Source of the DNA: an uncultured bacterium
Lineage (GTDB): Bacteria; Patescibacteriota; Saccharimonadia; UBA4664
NCBI GenBank assembly: GCA_963720265.1
Contig: CAVRET010000001.1
Location: forward strand, 261,916-325,915
DNA: 64,000 bases
Reading direction: 5' to 3'
The translations under genes were made by a program, and so were the position numbers. Position 1 is the first letter of the stretch; each line of letters starts with the position of its first letter. Of the stretch, positions 9,501-19,446 are shown piece after piece. Below the pieces are notes generated by a model that saw only the letters and a list, made by a program, of their open reading frames with translations, made no database searches and had not been told where the DNA came from.

Positions 9501-10067
9501 TTACGGGGCCGACTGCTCAGCGGGTTTGGCGAGCCGGTGCATGATCGCCTCGTCCGAGATGTTCCAGCCCCAGCTGGAGCTGAAACATCTCGGCCCCAGA
9601 CGCTGTATAACGTAGTTCTCGAGCGACGCCATACTCGCGCCACCAGGGCGCCGAAAGAGTATGTCCGGCCCCTCCGACTGATTGCCGCGATATCTTGTAT
9701 GACCGAGAACCAGATTATCGCCGTACCCGTTTCCGCAGCACAGGCCAATGCGTGCATGCAGCTTGACCGTCGAAAGACCAGTCTCCTCCATATAGTTCAC
9801 AGGGTCGGTGCTGAGGCCGCTATGCCTGCCGATTGACACCCGTGCCGAGCCGGCGGGGTTCACGATGTCTGATGTTCCGGGGATCTCGTGCCATCCGCGC
9901 GACAACGTTACGCCGGTCAGCTCGGACAGGATCGGCCGGTAGACGACCGCTCCGATGCCGGTGAGCAACCGTAGGTCTTTCCGGCTGATCCTGCGTTGGT
10001 CGTTGCTGCTGATCACGAGCATGACCGAGCTGAACTTGAGGAATTCTCTTAGCGAAAGCAGCCTCAT
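9501..10067 (-). CDS. Hypothetical protein (solitary unit A)
   Basis: AGGAAGG SD, promoter TTGACT-N17-TTTAAT at 10133-10161, hairpin at 9434-9470. Confidence 0.6.
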   Translation of the reverse strand: MRLLSLREFLKFSSVMLVISSNDQRRISRKDLRLLTGIGAVVYRPILSELTGVTLSRGWHEIPGTSDIVNPAGSARVSIGRHSGLSTDPVNYMEETGLSTVKLHARIGLCCGNGYGDNLVLGHTRYRGNQSEGPDILFRRPGGASMASLENYVIQRLGPRCFSSSWGWNISDEAIMHRLAKPAEQSAP

Positions 10068-10164
10068 GAGGTTGCCCTTCCTGGTCGGGTTTTTCAGTTG
10101 CTGTAGTGTCTGGTGCTCGAATGGACTACTAGATTAAACCATTTATTCTGATTAAAGTCAATTT

Positions 10165-11625
10165 TTATGTGATGTAGATTTTTGTGCGGCGCCAACGTGG
10201 CCCCTGTGGGGTATCGTCGATCTCGAGATTGTGACTCGCGAGTTTGGCTCTAAGCTGGTCGGCCCTGGCCCAGTCCTTGGCTTTGCGGGCTGTTTCGCGG
10301 TCGACGATAAGCTGCTTTTGGGCGGAGGTGATATCAGCGCGAATGGCCAGGTCAAGACCAAATAGCTCGTCGAGATATTCGGTTGCATCTTGGATATCAT
10401 TCGACCTAAGATCAACTTCATCAGTTATCTCCAACAACTGCGTCAGAAGTGACATTGCGCCTGGCGTATCGAGATCATCGAACAGCCTGTCCCGGATACC
10501 CCTGCCAATTTCTTCGAGAGTAATGCCAGACGGGTGCTCAGGGCTTGCATATATGGGTTGGTGCTTGAGGTCAGCCCAGGCGTATAAATTGAGCAGGCGG
10601 TTCTGGGCGGCCTCGAGCGATTCCCAAGTGAAATTGATCTCTGTACGGTAGTGGGCCTGGAGGTAGAGCAGGCGCAAGGCAAGCGGATGGAAGCCGCGGT
10701 CAGTAATGTCTTTTAAGGTGTATGAATTGCCTTTGGATTTGGCCATTTTGGCGCCGTCGACGAGGATGAACTCATTATGGATCCAATAATCGGCCAGATT
10801 GTGGCCGAAAGCGGCTTCGGTTTGAGCCATCTCGTTGGGGTGGTGGGTGCCGATGTGGTCGACCCCGCCGGTATGGATATCAATGGGGTCGCCGAGGTTG
10901 GCGTGAATGATGGCAGAGCACTCAAGGTGCCAGCCGGGAAAGCCGTCTCCCCAAGGGGATGCCCAATGCATGGTATGGCCTTCAAAGCGGCCGACAGTGA
11001 AGAACCAGACCGAGAAGTCGTACGGATGCTTTTTGTCCGGGTCGGACACGACATCGGACCTAGCCCCGACTTCTTTGTCGGCTAATTTTTGACCGGTGAG
11101 TTTGCCGTAATCTTCCAGCCTGGTGACGTCGAAATAGATGGCTTGTTCGGTTTGGTAAGCAAAACCTTTATCAACGAGGAGCTTGACCATGTCGATTTGC
11201 TCAGGGATGAAATCCGTGGCGCGGGCATACGAGTCATGATCGTCTTTGTTCTTTTCGCGTTTCGGGTTAACACTCGGCGGCAACACGTTTAGAGCGGACA
11301 TATCGGCTTTGAAGGCATTTGTATAATGCTCTGCGACTTGCCAAACGGTTTTGTCTTCGCGGGCCGCACCTTTTTCAAGCTTGTCTTCGCCTTCGTCGTC
11401 GTCCGAGACGAGATGACCGACGTCGGTGATGTTCATGACGTGTTTGACGGTGTAGCCGGAGGCTTCAAGCGTGCGGCGGAGAGTGTCGTTAAAAACCGCG
11501 TTGCGCAGGTTGCCAATGTGGTAATAGTTGTAAACGGTCGGCCCACAGGTATAGAGCGAAATCTGGTCCGGCTTGATGGGTTTAAATTCTTCAACTTTGC
11601 GGGTAAGAGTGTTGTGTAAGCGCAT
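10165..11625 (-). CDS. cysS: Cysteine--tRNA ligase
   Basis: [18 protein letters not shown] and KMAKS motifs. Confidence 0.98.
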   Translation of the reverse strand: MRLHNTLTRKVEEFKPIKPDQISLYTCGPTVYNYYHIGNLRNAVFNDTLRRTLEASGYTVKHVMNITDVGHLVSDDDEGEDKLEKGAAREDKTVWQVAEHYTNAFKADMSALNVLPPSVNPKREKNKDDHDSYARATDFIPEQIDMVKLLVDKGFAYQTEQAIYFDVTRLEDYGKLTGQKLADKEVGARSDVVSDPDKKHPYDFSVWFFTVGRFEGHTMHWASPWGDGFPGWHLECSAIIHANLGDPIDIHTGGVDHIGTHHPNEMAQTEAAFGHNLADYWIHNEFILVDGAKMAKSKGNSYTLKDITDRGFHPLALRLLYLQAHYRTEINFTWESLEAAQNRLLNLYAWADLKHQPIYASPEHPSGITLEEIGRGIRDRLFDDLDTPGAMSLLTQLLEITDEVDLRSNDIQDATEYLDELFGLDLAIRADITSAQKQLIVDRETARKAKDWARADQLRAKLASHNLEIDDTPQGPRWRRTKIYIT

Positions 11626-11712
11626 AGTGAAACTTTAGCACGGGTAGGCAGAATCTGCAGGGCAGGCCGGCCCCACGTGAGAACCGGCCTGCCCTCTGCA
11701 TTCGTCCGGGGC

Positions 11713-11952
11713 TTAACTGGGCGGGGGAAGGATCGCCGGACGCCTTGGCGGGGGAAGAATGGCCAAAGGTATCGGCGGCGCCAGCAAGAAGCACCTTTGC
11801 GGACCGGTTCCGAAGAGGTGGCCTTCGCATACGTACTCGTCAACCACGTAATCGGTACCGGCGTCCACAAGCACCTCAACGACCTCTACAGCCGGTTCGC
11901 TGCAGTGGGCGCACAATCCCAAGCTGAGCTCGGGGTTGATTGGTTCGGACAT
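11713..11952 (-). CDS. Small hypothetical protein, possible Zn-binding (CxxC..CxxH) (solitary unit B)
   Basis: AGGAG SD before MSEPINPEL, hairpin at 11651-11703. Confidence 0.5.
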   Translation of the reverse strand: MSEPINPELSLGLCAHCSEPAVEVVEVLVDAGTDYVVDEYVCEGHLFGTGPQRCFLLAPPIPLAILPPPRRPAILPPPS

Positions 11953-12053
11953 CTTGCTCTCCTGACAGCCGGCAGCCTGGATGGCTGCTTGTACCGTAGG
12001 TATCCAGCCCACAGATAGAAAGTGCAGCCGCGTGGAGAAACAGACGGATTATG

Positions 12054-13049
12054 TCATTTTATGGGTGTATTGTCTAGCAGATATTGACTAAAGGTTTGCT
12101 CCAGGAGTTTAATTTCGGCGCGGATGTTGGGGGTTTTACAGCGATAGGCCGCGGCGTTGGGGTGGCCGCCGCCGCCGAGGATTTCGGCCACTGGGCCGGC
12201 TGCGCCGGTGGTCGAACGCAGCGGCACGTTGATTTTGGTGCCGTAATTCTTGAACACGGCGACAAGCTCGACACCTTTGGTCCATTGGATATCAGAGAGA
12301 ATGAGCGTGTAGGGCTCGGCAATATCTTTGTAGCGGGCGACTGTGTCGGGGTTGATCTCGGCTATGGCGAGGCGGCCGTCGAGGTAGAACTCGACACTTT
12401 GCAGGAGTTTGCCCTTGAGGTGAAGTAAGTCTGGCGTAATGGCGGCAGCTTCGCGACGGAGTTTAGCGAGCTCGTATAGGTTAGCACCACGAGCAGTGAG
12501 CTCGGCGAGTGCCGCCACACTTTTGGCCGTGGTGCCGGAGGTAGTGAGACCGAGTGAGTCGGCGAGAAGCGCTGACGCCAGTTTGGTGGCGGCGCGCTCA
12601 TTGATCGGCCATTTCAGTTTTTGTCCGATGCGGGTGACGAGTTCGGACGTGGCGACCGCTTCATCGACAATTTCTGTGACCGGGAAGCCGAATTCCTGCC
12701 GACTGACATGGTGGTCAATAACGAAGAATGGTTTCGAGGTAAGGGCGGCGGCGTGGTGTTCGAGGGCTGATTTTATGAGTGCAGGCGAGCCGGTGTCTAC
12801 GAGAATAATGAGGTCGAAATCTTTGGGCAAGTCTTGGCTAACCCGGTCCCAGCCTTCAAGAAAATGCAGGTACGGCTCCGGCTTTTTATATGAGTAGAGC
12901 GAGACGGTTTTGCCCAGGTCGCCGAAGATTTCCTCTAAGCCGAGCGCGGTGCCGAGCGAGTCGCCGTCGGGTGCGTCGGGCTGAAGGATGAGAATATGGC
13001 CGGCTGCGGTAACGGCACTACCCAGATCTTTTATTTTGGATGAATTCAT
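12054..13049 (-). CDS. nrnA: DHH/DHHA1 phosphoesterase (oligoribonuclease NrnA-like)
   Basis: PDGDSLG, VDT, IDHH and GGGGHPNAAA motifs. Confidence 0.88.
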   Translation of the reverse strand: MNSSKIKDLGSAVTAAGHILILQPDAPDGDSLGTALGLEEIFGDLGKTVSLYSYKKPEPYLHFLEGWDRVSQDLPKDFDLIILVDTGSPALIKSALEHHAAALTSKPFFVIDHHVSRQEFGFPVTEIVDEAVATSELVTRIGQKLKWPINERAATKLASALLADSLGLTTSGTTAKSVAALAELTARGANLYELAKLRREAAAITPDLLHLKGKLLQSVEFYLDGRLAIAEINPDTVARYKDIAEPYTLILSDIQWTKGVELVAVFKNYGTKINVPLRSTTGAAGPVAEILGGGGHPNAAAYRCKTPNIRAEIKLLEQTFSQYLLDNTPIK

Positions 13050-13056
13050 TGGCTGA

Positions 13057-13920
13057 TTATACCAGTTCTTTTGGCCAGTAATTGGGAAAATGAAAGAGAT
13101 AGTGCGGCGGTAACTTTCCGGCCCGATAATCTCGCTCGAGCTGCCGCCAGCGGTCGGCCTTGGTCGGATACCAGGTTTGGCCCTGCATAAGCGGGTCGTT
13201 TTGATGTTTTTCGTAAATGGCGTCGAGCTTGGCGGCGTTGTCTTTATACGACATGCCGAGGCCAGCAACTAAGCCGTCACTGCCGTAGCGTTGATGGTAG
13301 GTGGCAAGCACTTTGGGTACGTATAGGAACCCATCGGGGTAGTAGTTGCCGAATTGCATCACGAGATCAAGGTCTTCCATGCCGGCTAAGGTTGGATCGA
13401 ATTTAATGGAGTCAGTAATGAGGCGGCGTTTATGCATAAAGCCGTTGACGTCGAAGATCATGCGGCGGTGAAAAATATCCTGGATCGAGAGGGTTGCGGG
13501 GTACTCGTCGGAGCGGTCGATGGTTTCCACGCGTCGGCCATTCAGGTAGAGCCCGTGCGTGTAGTGGACCTGTGGTGCTCCGTAGCTGGCTTCGGGGTGG
13601 TGCCGAAACGCCTTACACATGGTTTCCAGGTACTTAGGCTGCAATTCATTATCGGAATCAAGGTAGGCGACCCACTCGGCTCGCGCGAGCGGCAGTGCGC
13701 GGTTGCGGGCGGCGGACGGCCCCGCGTTGGCCTGGAAATGGTAGCTGATGCGCGGATCGCCGATGTCGGAAATGAGCCCCTCGGTGTCGTCGGTGGAGCC
13801 GTCGTCCATAATGATGAGCTCCCAGTTTGGGACGGTTTGGCGCTGAATACTATCGACCGCATTTTTTATAATGTAGGCACGATTATAGGTGGGCATTATA
13901 AACGAAACGAGTGGCTTCAT
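13057..13920 (-). CDS. Family 2 glycosyltransferase
   Basis: VSFIMPTYNR, DDGSTD, LDSD and MED motifs. Confidence 0.93.
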   Translation of the reverse strand: MKPLVSFIMPTYNRAYIIKNAVDSIQRQTVPNWELIIMDDGSTDDTEGLISDIGDPRISYHFQANAGPSAARNRALPLARAEWVAYLDSDNELQPKYLETMCKAFRHHPEASYGAPQVHYTHGLYLNGRRVETIDRSDEYPATLSIQDIFHRRMIFDVNGFMHKRRLITDSIKFDPTLAGMEDLDLVMQFGNYYPDGFLYVPKVLATYHQRYGSDGLVAGLGMSYKDNAAKLDAIYEKHQNDPLMQGQTWYPTKADRWRQLERDYRAGKLPPHYLFHFPNYWPKELV

Positions 13921-13941
13921 TGGCGGTATTATAACAATAGT

Positions 13942-14379
13942 ATGGTGCCGCTCGAGATTTTCGTAACATACTTTTCGGCTTATTCCGCACATGCGACCGA
14001 GTATGATGGCGTACTTTATGCGACGGTAGAGCATGCCTATCACTGCCAGCGTTATGAAGATGAAGATATCCGAAGGCAGATCATGGCGGCCAGGAGTCCG
14101 TTTTTGGCCTGGCAAAGGTCACAAACGTATAAGGCACGGCAATTGCCCGCCTTTAATGACCGTAAAGTTGCGGTGATGGAGGCTTTGTGCCGCGCCAAGC
14201 TGGCCCAGCACGACGATGTCCGGCAGGCGTTGCTCGATTCGGGCTCACTTATCATTGTGAAGCACATAACGGCCGGGCCATTGGCGGATGGCTTTTGGGA
14301 CGACGGCGCCGACGGTAGGGGCCGCAATGAGGTTGGTCGAATTTGGATGCGATTGCGAGCGGGCATACCTGGTATCTAG
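13942..14379 (+). CDS. NADAR (YbiA-like) family protein
   Basis: YATVEHAYH..AKLAQH..ALLDSG..DGFW..GRNEVGRIWMRLR. Confidence 0.88.
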   Translation: MVPLEIFVTYFSAYSAHATEYDGVLYATVEHAYHCQRYEDEDIRRQIMAARSPFLAWQRSQTYKARQLPAFNDRKVAVMEALCRAKLAQHDDVRQALLDSGSLIIVKHITAGPLADGFWDDGADGRGRNEVGRIWMRLRAGIPGI

Positions 14380-14975
14380 AAGCTCTGTCGTCCTTGAAGG
14401 GCGCGGCCGAGAGTAACTTGGTCGGCATATTCGAGGTCACCGCCGACGGGCAGGCCGCGAGCTAGGCGGGTGAGTTTGACGCCGGTGCGTTCGAGCTGGC
14501 CGCGGATATACATGGCCGTGGACTCGCCTTCGAGCGAGGGGTTGGTGGCCAGAATTACTTCGTCTATTCCCCCGTCGCCAACGCGTGCGATGAGGCTGGC
14601 GATTTCGAGCCGGTCGGGGCTAATACCGTCGATTGGTGAAATAACACCGCCGAGGACGTGGTACAGGCCGTGGAACAGGCCAGTTTTTTCAATGGCGACG
14701 ACGTCGAACGGCTCCTCCACTACTGCGATGACTCCCCTCTCGCGATCGGTGGCGGCACACACCGCGCATTCGTCGGACTCGGCGAAATTATGGCAGGTGC
14801 GGCAGGAGCGTACGCCCGCGTGGAGGCCGTCGACGGCAGCGCCGAGCGCTGCGGCCCGAGCCGGCTCGGTTTTGAGTAAATGAAACGCTAGCCGTTCGGC
14901 CGTGCGTGGACCCACACCCGGCAATCTGCCAAGCTCCTCAATAAGTCGCTCCACTGACGACGGGACGATACGCAT
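14376..14975 (-). CDS. recR: Recombination mediator RecR
   Basis: LPGVGPRTAERLAF, C4 zinc finger, Toprim domain (ATNPSLEGE). Confidence 0.98.
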   Translation of the reverse strand: MRIVPSSVERLIEELGRLPGVGPRTAERLAFHLLKTEPARAAALGAAVDGLHAGVRSCRTCHNFAESDECAVCAATDRERGVIAVVEEPFDVVAIEKTGLFHGLYHVLGGVISPIDGISPDRLEIASLIARVGDGGIDEVILATNPSLEGESTAMYIRGQLERTGVKLTRLARGLPVGGDLEYADQVTLGRALQGRQSF

Positions 14976-15616
14976 TAGACGATTATCTTCTTAACCGCGG
15001 CCAGATCATGCACGATATATGTAGGGTTTAATGCTTTTAGCTCCTGTAAGTCGTAGAATTTCTCGTGCTCCGGCGGATAGACGAGGAGTGAGTCAATACC
15101 CGTATTGTTCGCTGCACCTAAGTCTTTGTCGGAGTCGCCAACTATTATTGCTTCGGTCTTAACCGCGTTCAACTGCTTGAGGGCTAGCTCAATCGGCTCG
15201 GGATGCGGCTTGTGGTGAGTGACATCGTCGGATGCGATGATAACGTCAAATAAATCTCGGATCTCGTTTTTCTCGAGCAAGTGCTCGATGTTGTCATGCG
15301 ACGAGGATGTGAGAAGTGCCGTGTGCTTGTGGTGCTCATGTAAGTACTGGAGTAAATCGAAAGCATGCGGGTAAAGCTCGACGTTTGGGAGAGATTGTTT
15401 GGCAATCTGGTCGACTTCATTATACGTTGCCTGCACGTCTGCTATGCCCAGGTCGGTGAGGTACTGGATAAATGCGCCGAAATTCCTGGCAATTTCGTAA
15501 TCGTTGGGACGCTGATTGTGCTTGACCAGCACAACCCTAACGGCGTTTAGCCAGATATCGAGTGTCTTTGCCAGGTTTCCGTCCCAATCCAGCAGGACGT
15601 AATTATAGGTTTTCAT
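14975..15616 (-). CDS. HAD-family hydrolase
   Basis: DWDGNL, KPHP and GDSDKD motifs. Confidence 0.92.
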   Translation of the reverse strand: MKTYNYVLLDWDGNLAKTLDIWLNAVRVVLVKHNQRPNDYEIARNFGAFIQYLTDLGIADVQATYNEVDQIAKQSLPNVELYPHAFDLLQYLHEHHKHTALLTSSSHDNIEHLLEKNEIRDLFDVIIASDDVTHHKPHPEPIELALKQLNAVKTEAIIVGDSDKDLGAANNTGIDSLLVYPPEHEKFYDLQELKALNPTYIVHDLAAVKKIIV

Positions 15617-16248
15617 GAATGTTCCATAGGTGCATCTAATAAAGATATTTTAGCAGGGCCTGATTCGCTCGTTTCGAATACGCGAAACTCACCCTCTTTA
15701 AGTTTGAGCATTGGGACAGGTTTACCGAATTCCACTAACTCGTGTTCGTATTTGGTCCAGTCGGCTAGTGTGCCATACTCTGACGATTGCCAGTGAGTAA
15801 GAATCTTGTACGGTAACAGTCCAAGACCCTTGTGCACTCCGGAAGCGTCGAGTTCGTGGTAGTACCGGCAGAGCGCATAGGCGCCGGCAGAAGTTCCGGC
15901 CACGGTTTTTCCGGATAAATGTCCAAGCCAGTCGGTACTCTTGGCCAGCGCCGTCATGAGCGGGGCCGTCATGCCCCCCTTTATGTATACAACATCGGCC
16001 CAATCGACCTGAGCACTGAGAGTATTCGCCTCGGCGGCCTGAAGGCTGCACCGTATGTTTGGGACGTGCTGCGTGATAAAAGCCTGGTCTCTGCGTATCG
16101 TTTCATCCCATTGATTGCCACCTCTGGCAAACAGTACTTCAAGGATTTTGACCGGGCTCTGTAGGCCGACTACCAATTCCCGGCAAAAGGCACTGCCTCC
16201 ATCCGGGGCTTTTGACGGATAGCCGCCCGTGAGTATGATCTTTGTCAT
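15613..16248 (-). CDS. Peptidase S51 / class I glutamine amidotransferase-like protein
   Basis: DVVYIKGG, GTSAGA and GLGLLP..THW motifs. Confidence 0.8.
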   Translation of the reverse strand: MTKIILTGGYPSKAPDGGSAFCRELVVGLQSPVKILEVLFARGGNQWDETIRRDQAFITQHVPNIRCSLQAAEANTLSAQVDWADVVYIKGGMTAPLMTALAKSTDWLGHLSGKTVAGTSAGAYALCRYYHELDASGVHKGLGLLPYKILTHWQSSEYGTLADWTKYEHELVEFGKPVPMLKLKEGEFRVFETSESGPAKISLLDAPMEHS

Positions 16249-16266
16249 GATTGGATGCGTGGCAAG

Positions 16267-16554
16267 CTACAATCCCGGCAAACCGAGACTGCCGGAGATA
16301 GCTTTCATCTTTTCGGCGGCAGCTTGCTGGCTCTTGGTGATAGCCTGGGTAATGGCTGACTCGAGCCATTTTTCGAGCTTAGCCGTGCCGGCCTCGCGGA
16401 TCAGGTCCTCGTCGAGCGAAATTTTTTGGATCTTTTGCTCTCCGTTGATACGCACTTTTACAGCGCCGTCTCCGGTTTCTACCTCTATAATCTCTTTGGC
16501 TAGAGCAGATTGGATTTTCTTTAATTCGAACAGGGCTTTACTTTTCTCAAACAC
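16267..16554 (-). CDS. YbaB/EbfC nucleoid-associated protein
   Basis: GDGAVKVRINGEQKIQKISLD, close to recR. Confidence 0.9.
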   Translation of the reverse strand: MFEKSKALFELKKIQSALAKEIIEVETGDGAVKVRINGEQKIQKISLDEDLIREAGTAKLEKWLESAITQAITKSQQAAAEKMKAISGSLGLPGL

Positions 16555-16608
16555 AGGGTGTCTCCATTTCTCTTATGCTAGAATAATAGCCAGATTAAAG
16601 GCCAATTA

Positions 16609-18468
16609 ATGAACACTTACAATCGTATCACAGCCACGCTTGAGGCTTTTGTGCGCCGGTATCACGCGTGGATCGCAGGCGGACTGATCTTTATTATGGC
16701 CGTGCTGGCACTTTCGAGCATGGTCGGAAACTCCGCCATCGTGGATGAACTAGCGCACATACCGGCCGGCTACTCGTACCTTAAGTATGGCGACTACCGG
16801 CTCAACCCCGAGCACCCGCCGCTGATGAAGGATTTGGCGGCGATTCCGCTGCAGTTTATGAACCTCAAAGGCTTTAACACCTTGCCGGAATGGACGAGTC
16901 AGGTTAACGGCGAGTGGCAGGCCGGCTACGACTTTTTGTACAACCTGGGCAACAACGCCAACGCCATACTATTTTGGGCGCGGCTGCCGATTTTGCTCGT
17001 GATGCTCGCTTTTGGCGCTTGGCTCTACTGGGTGAGCCGCCGGCACTGGGGCACTGCTGTGGCTTTGCTTGTGCTGTTCTTCTATGTGTTTAGCCCGAAC
17101 TTTTTGGGCCACGGGGCGCTGGTCACGACCGACTTGGGTGCGGCTATCTTTATGTTTGCGGCGCTGGTGATGTTTGGGCGGTTTGGCAAGCAGCCGGACC
17201 GGGGCAATATGTGGTGGCTGTCGGTCGTGCTGGCCGTGGCGGAGTTGGCCAAGTTTTCGTCCATCCTGTTGTATCCGTTTTTCGTTGTAGGATCTGTGGT
17301 GCTGTGGCTCACGATGACGAAACCAAAGGAGAGTTGGCCAAGATTTAAGACCTACGTCGGCCGCACAATTGTAGCCTGCCTCTTAAGTCTGGTTTGGATC
17401 TATCTGGTCTATGCGCCACAGGTGCGCAATATGCCGACTTCGGTGCAAGACAGCCTCATTACCGGTTCGCTGGTGGCTAGCAATGTGACCGGCATTGGCC
17501 AGCTGCTCGTGAATGTCAGCCACATTCCACTGACGAAGCCGTTGGTGCAGTATGGCTTGGGTGTAACCATGGACGTCGGCCGGCTGGCGGGCGGCAACGT
17601 GACCTACTTTAACGGCCAGGTCAACGATGAGAGTTTCCGCGGTTATTTCCCCGAGCTGTTTGTGGTGAAGACACAGGTGGCCATGCTCATACTGATGCTC
17701 GTTACGCTCGGGTTTGGCATCTGGCGGCTCAGACGCGGGCGCGGGCGCTACCGCGATGTTTCGGAGCGCTGGGTACGGCATTTCCAGCGCCACATCTTGG
17801 AATGGTCGCTTGGTACCTTTGCGGTGTTTTATTTTTGTGTGGCAGTGGGCGGCAACCTCGATCTTGGCATCAGGCATATATTACCGGTGTATTTGCCGAT
17901 CTTTGCGCTGGTTTCGATCGGCACAGTCGAGATTTTGCGCAAGCTGAGGCGGATGAAGTGGCGGGTGTCATCGGGCGTGGTATTGGGTTTACTGTTGGCG
18001 TGGTATGCCGGCAGTACCTTGGCTGTAGCGCCGTCGTATATCGCGTACTTTAATGAGCTTATCGGCGGTCCAAATAATGCGTACAAGTATTTTTCGGATT
18101 CGAGCATTGATTGGGGCCAAGACTTTTTCCGGCTGGTCGACTATGTGCGAGCTCATCCGCAGATTAAGCACATTGCAGTGGATTATTTTGGCGGCGCCAT
18201 ACCGGAATATTACGTTTGCCAGCGGTCGTATGATGCCAGCGGGCATTTGATTACAAACGGCACGTATAATTGCTCAAACAGTATCTACGAAGTGTGGCAC
18301 TCGAGCTATGGCCGCTACACTGGTCAGTATATTGCGGTGTCGGAGACGTATTTGGAAAACGATCGGTACTACTCGGCCCAATCCGGGCAGCCGAGTTATG
18401 CCTATCTGCGAGCGATGAAACCGATTGCGAAGATCGGTGGTAGCATTTACGTTTATAAGCTGTATTAA
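16609..18468 (+). CDS. GT-C fold membrane glycosyltransferase (PMT/ArnT-like)
   Basis: VDELAH, NPEHPPL, LVTTD and LAKFS motifs, many TMs. Confidence 0.88.
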   Translation: MNTYNRITATLEAFVRRYHAWIAGGLIFIMAVLALSSMVGNSAIVDELAHIPAGYSYLKYGDYRLNPEHPPLMKDLAAIPLQFMNLKGFNTLPEWTSQVNGEWQAGYDFLYNLGNNANAILFWARLPILLVMLAFGAWLYWVSRRHWGTAVALLVLFFYVFSPNFLGHGALVTTDLGAAIFMFAALVMFGRFGKQPDRGNMWWLSVVLAVAELAKFSSILLYPFFVVGSVVLWLTMTKPKESWPRFKTYVGRTIVACLLSLVWIYLVYAPQVRNMPTSVQDSLITGSLVASNVTGIGQLLVNVSHIPLTKPLVQYGLGVTMDVGRLAGGNVTYFNGQVNDESFRGYFPELFVVKTQVAMLILMLVTLGFGIWRLRRGRGRYRDVSERWVRHFQRHILEWSLGTFAVFYFCVAVGGNLDLGIRHILPVYLPIFALVSIGTVEILRKLRRMKWRVSSGVVLGLLLAWYAGSTLAVAPSYIAYFNELIGGPNNAYKYFSDSSIDWGQDFFRLVDYVRAHPQIKHIAVDYFGGAIPEYYVCQRSYDASGHLITNGTYNCSNSIYEVWHSSYGRYTGQYIAVSETYLENDRYYSAQSGQPSYAYLRAMKPIAKIGGSIYVYKLY

Positions 18469-19427
18469 GCGGGGCGGAGTTCCGCCAGGAGATCAGCAAG
18501 CTTGCAGGTAGCGAGGCAAACTCCTTGATCTCCGGATCCGTAGTAGACATACAGCTCCTCTCCGATAATGAGAGCTCCTTCGGGGAAGCAGACATTGTTC
18601 ACGACCCCCGTCTTCTCGTCTGTGGTTTCAGGTAGTAAAAGTGGCTCGTGACTGGCCGCGATAATCTTGCGTGGATTGTCCCGGTCGAGCAATGCAGCAC
18701 AGATGGTCCAGCGGGGTTCGCGCGAGAACCCCGCGTAAATGAAAAGCCAGCCGGCGTCGGTCTCAATTGGTACGGCTCCAACTTCTTGCTCAGTGAACTG
18801 GCCGGCGAGCGGAATTTTGAGATGGTCCTGATTGAGGTCGGCGTTTTGCCAATAGTCCTGTGTGACGTGCCCGAGTTGCTCCAGCGTGTCAAACTCGGAT
18901 GCAATGACGCGGGAGCGGCCTCCGTTCTTCTGATCCGACCAAAGCATGAGATATCGGCCGTTAATTTGATGCGGGATGACGGCAGCGGCTTTGGAATAAC
19001 GTTGCGGCCCAACGACGCCATATTTGGTAACGGTTTTGAAATCGGTCGTCGTGGCCAGGGCGATGCGGACACGCGAGGTGGTTTTCTCACCGGCCACAGC
19101 GGTGTAGAAAATGTAATATTGGTTGCCAATTTGGGTAATGCGGGGATCCTCACAACCGAGGCTGTTTTCGTATGACTGGTCCGGAGCAATTAACGGTTCT
19201 TGTTCCCGCTCCCAATGGACACCGTCGGCGCTCCAGGCTAGGCCGATTGAGGACACGTATCCCCCACGCTCGCTTGTTTTTATGTCATTTGTGGCGCGGT
19301 AGAGCATACCATATCGGCCGTCTGGCATTTTGCCCCAGGTTGTTGGGTTGAATACCGAACCGGCTTCCCAGTGGTTGTTTGAGTTCTTTGTCAGTATAGG
19401 GTTGGCGGAATGACGGGTGAGCCTCAT
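18465..19427 (-). CDS. GH130-family glycosidase/mannoside phosphorylase
   Basis: NPIL, FNP, GCEDPRI and NNVCFPEG motifs. Confidence 0.9.
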   Translation of the reverse strand: MRLTRHSANPILTKNSNNHWEAGSVFNPTTWGKMPDGRYGMLYRATNDIKTSERGGYVSSIGLAWSADGVHWEREQEPLIAPDQSYENSLGCEDPRITQIGNQYYIFYTAVAGEKTTSRVRIALATTTDFKTVTKYGVVGPQRYSKAAAVIPHQINGRYLMLWSDQKNGGRSRVIASEFDTLEQLGHVTQDYWQNADLNQDHLKIPLAGQFTEQEVGAVPIETDAGWLFIYAGFSREPRWTICAALLDRDNPRKIIAASHEPLLLPETTDEKTGVVNNVCFPEGALIIGEELYVYYGSGDQGVCLATCKLADLLAELRPA

Positions 19428-19446
19428 TTCCCCACTATAGCAGTTT

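Noticed and set aside
13432-13941. Long N-terminal extension of the NADAR ORF (and similar extensions on nrnA, GT2, secE and gtrA)
   Set aside because: These overlap real genes or promoters. Downstream starts fit family length and promoter spacing.
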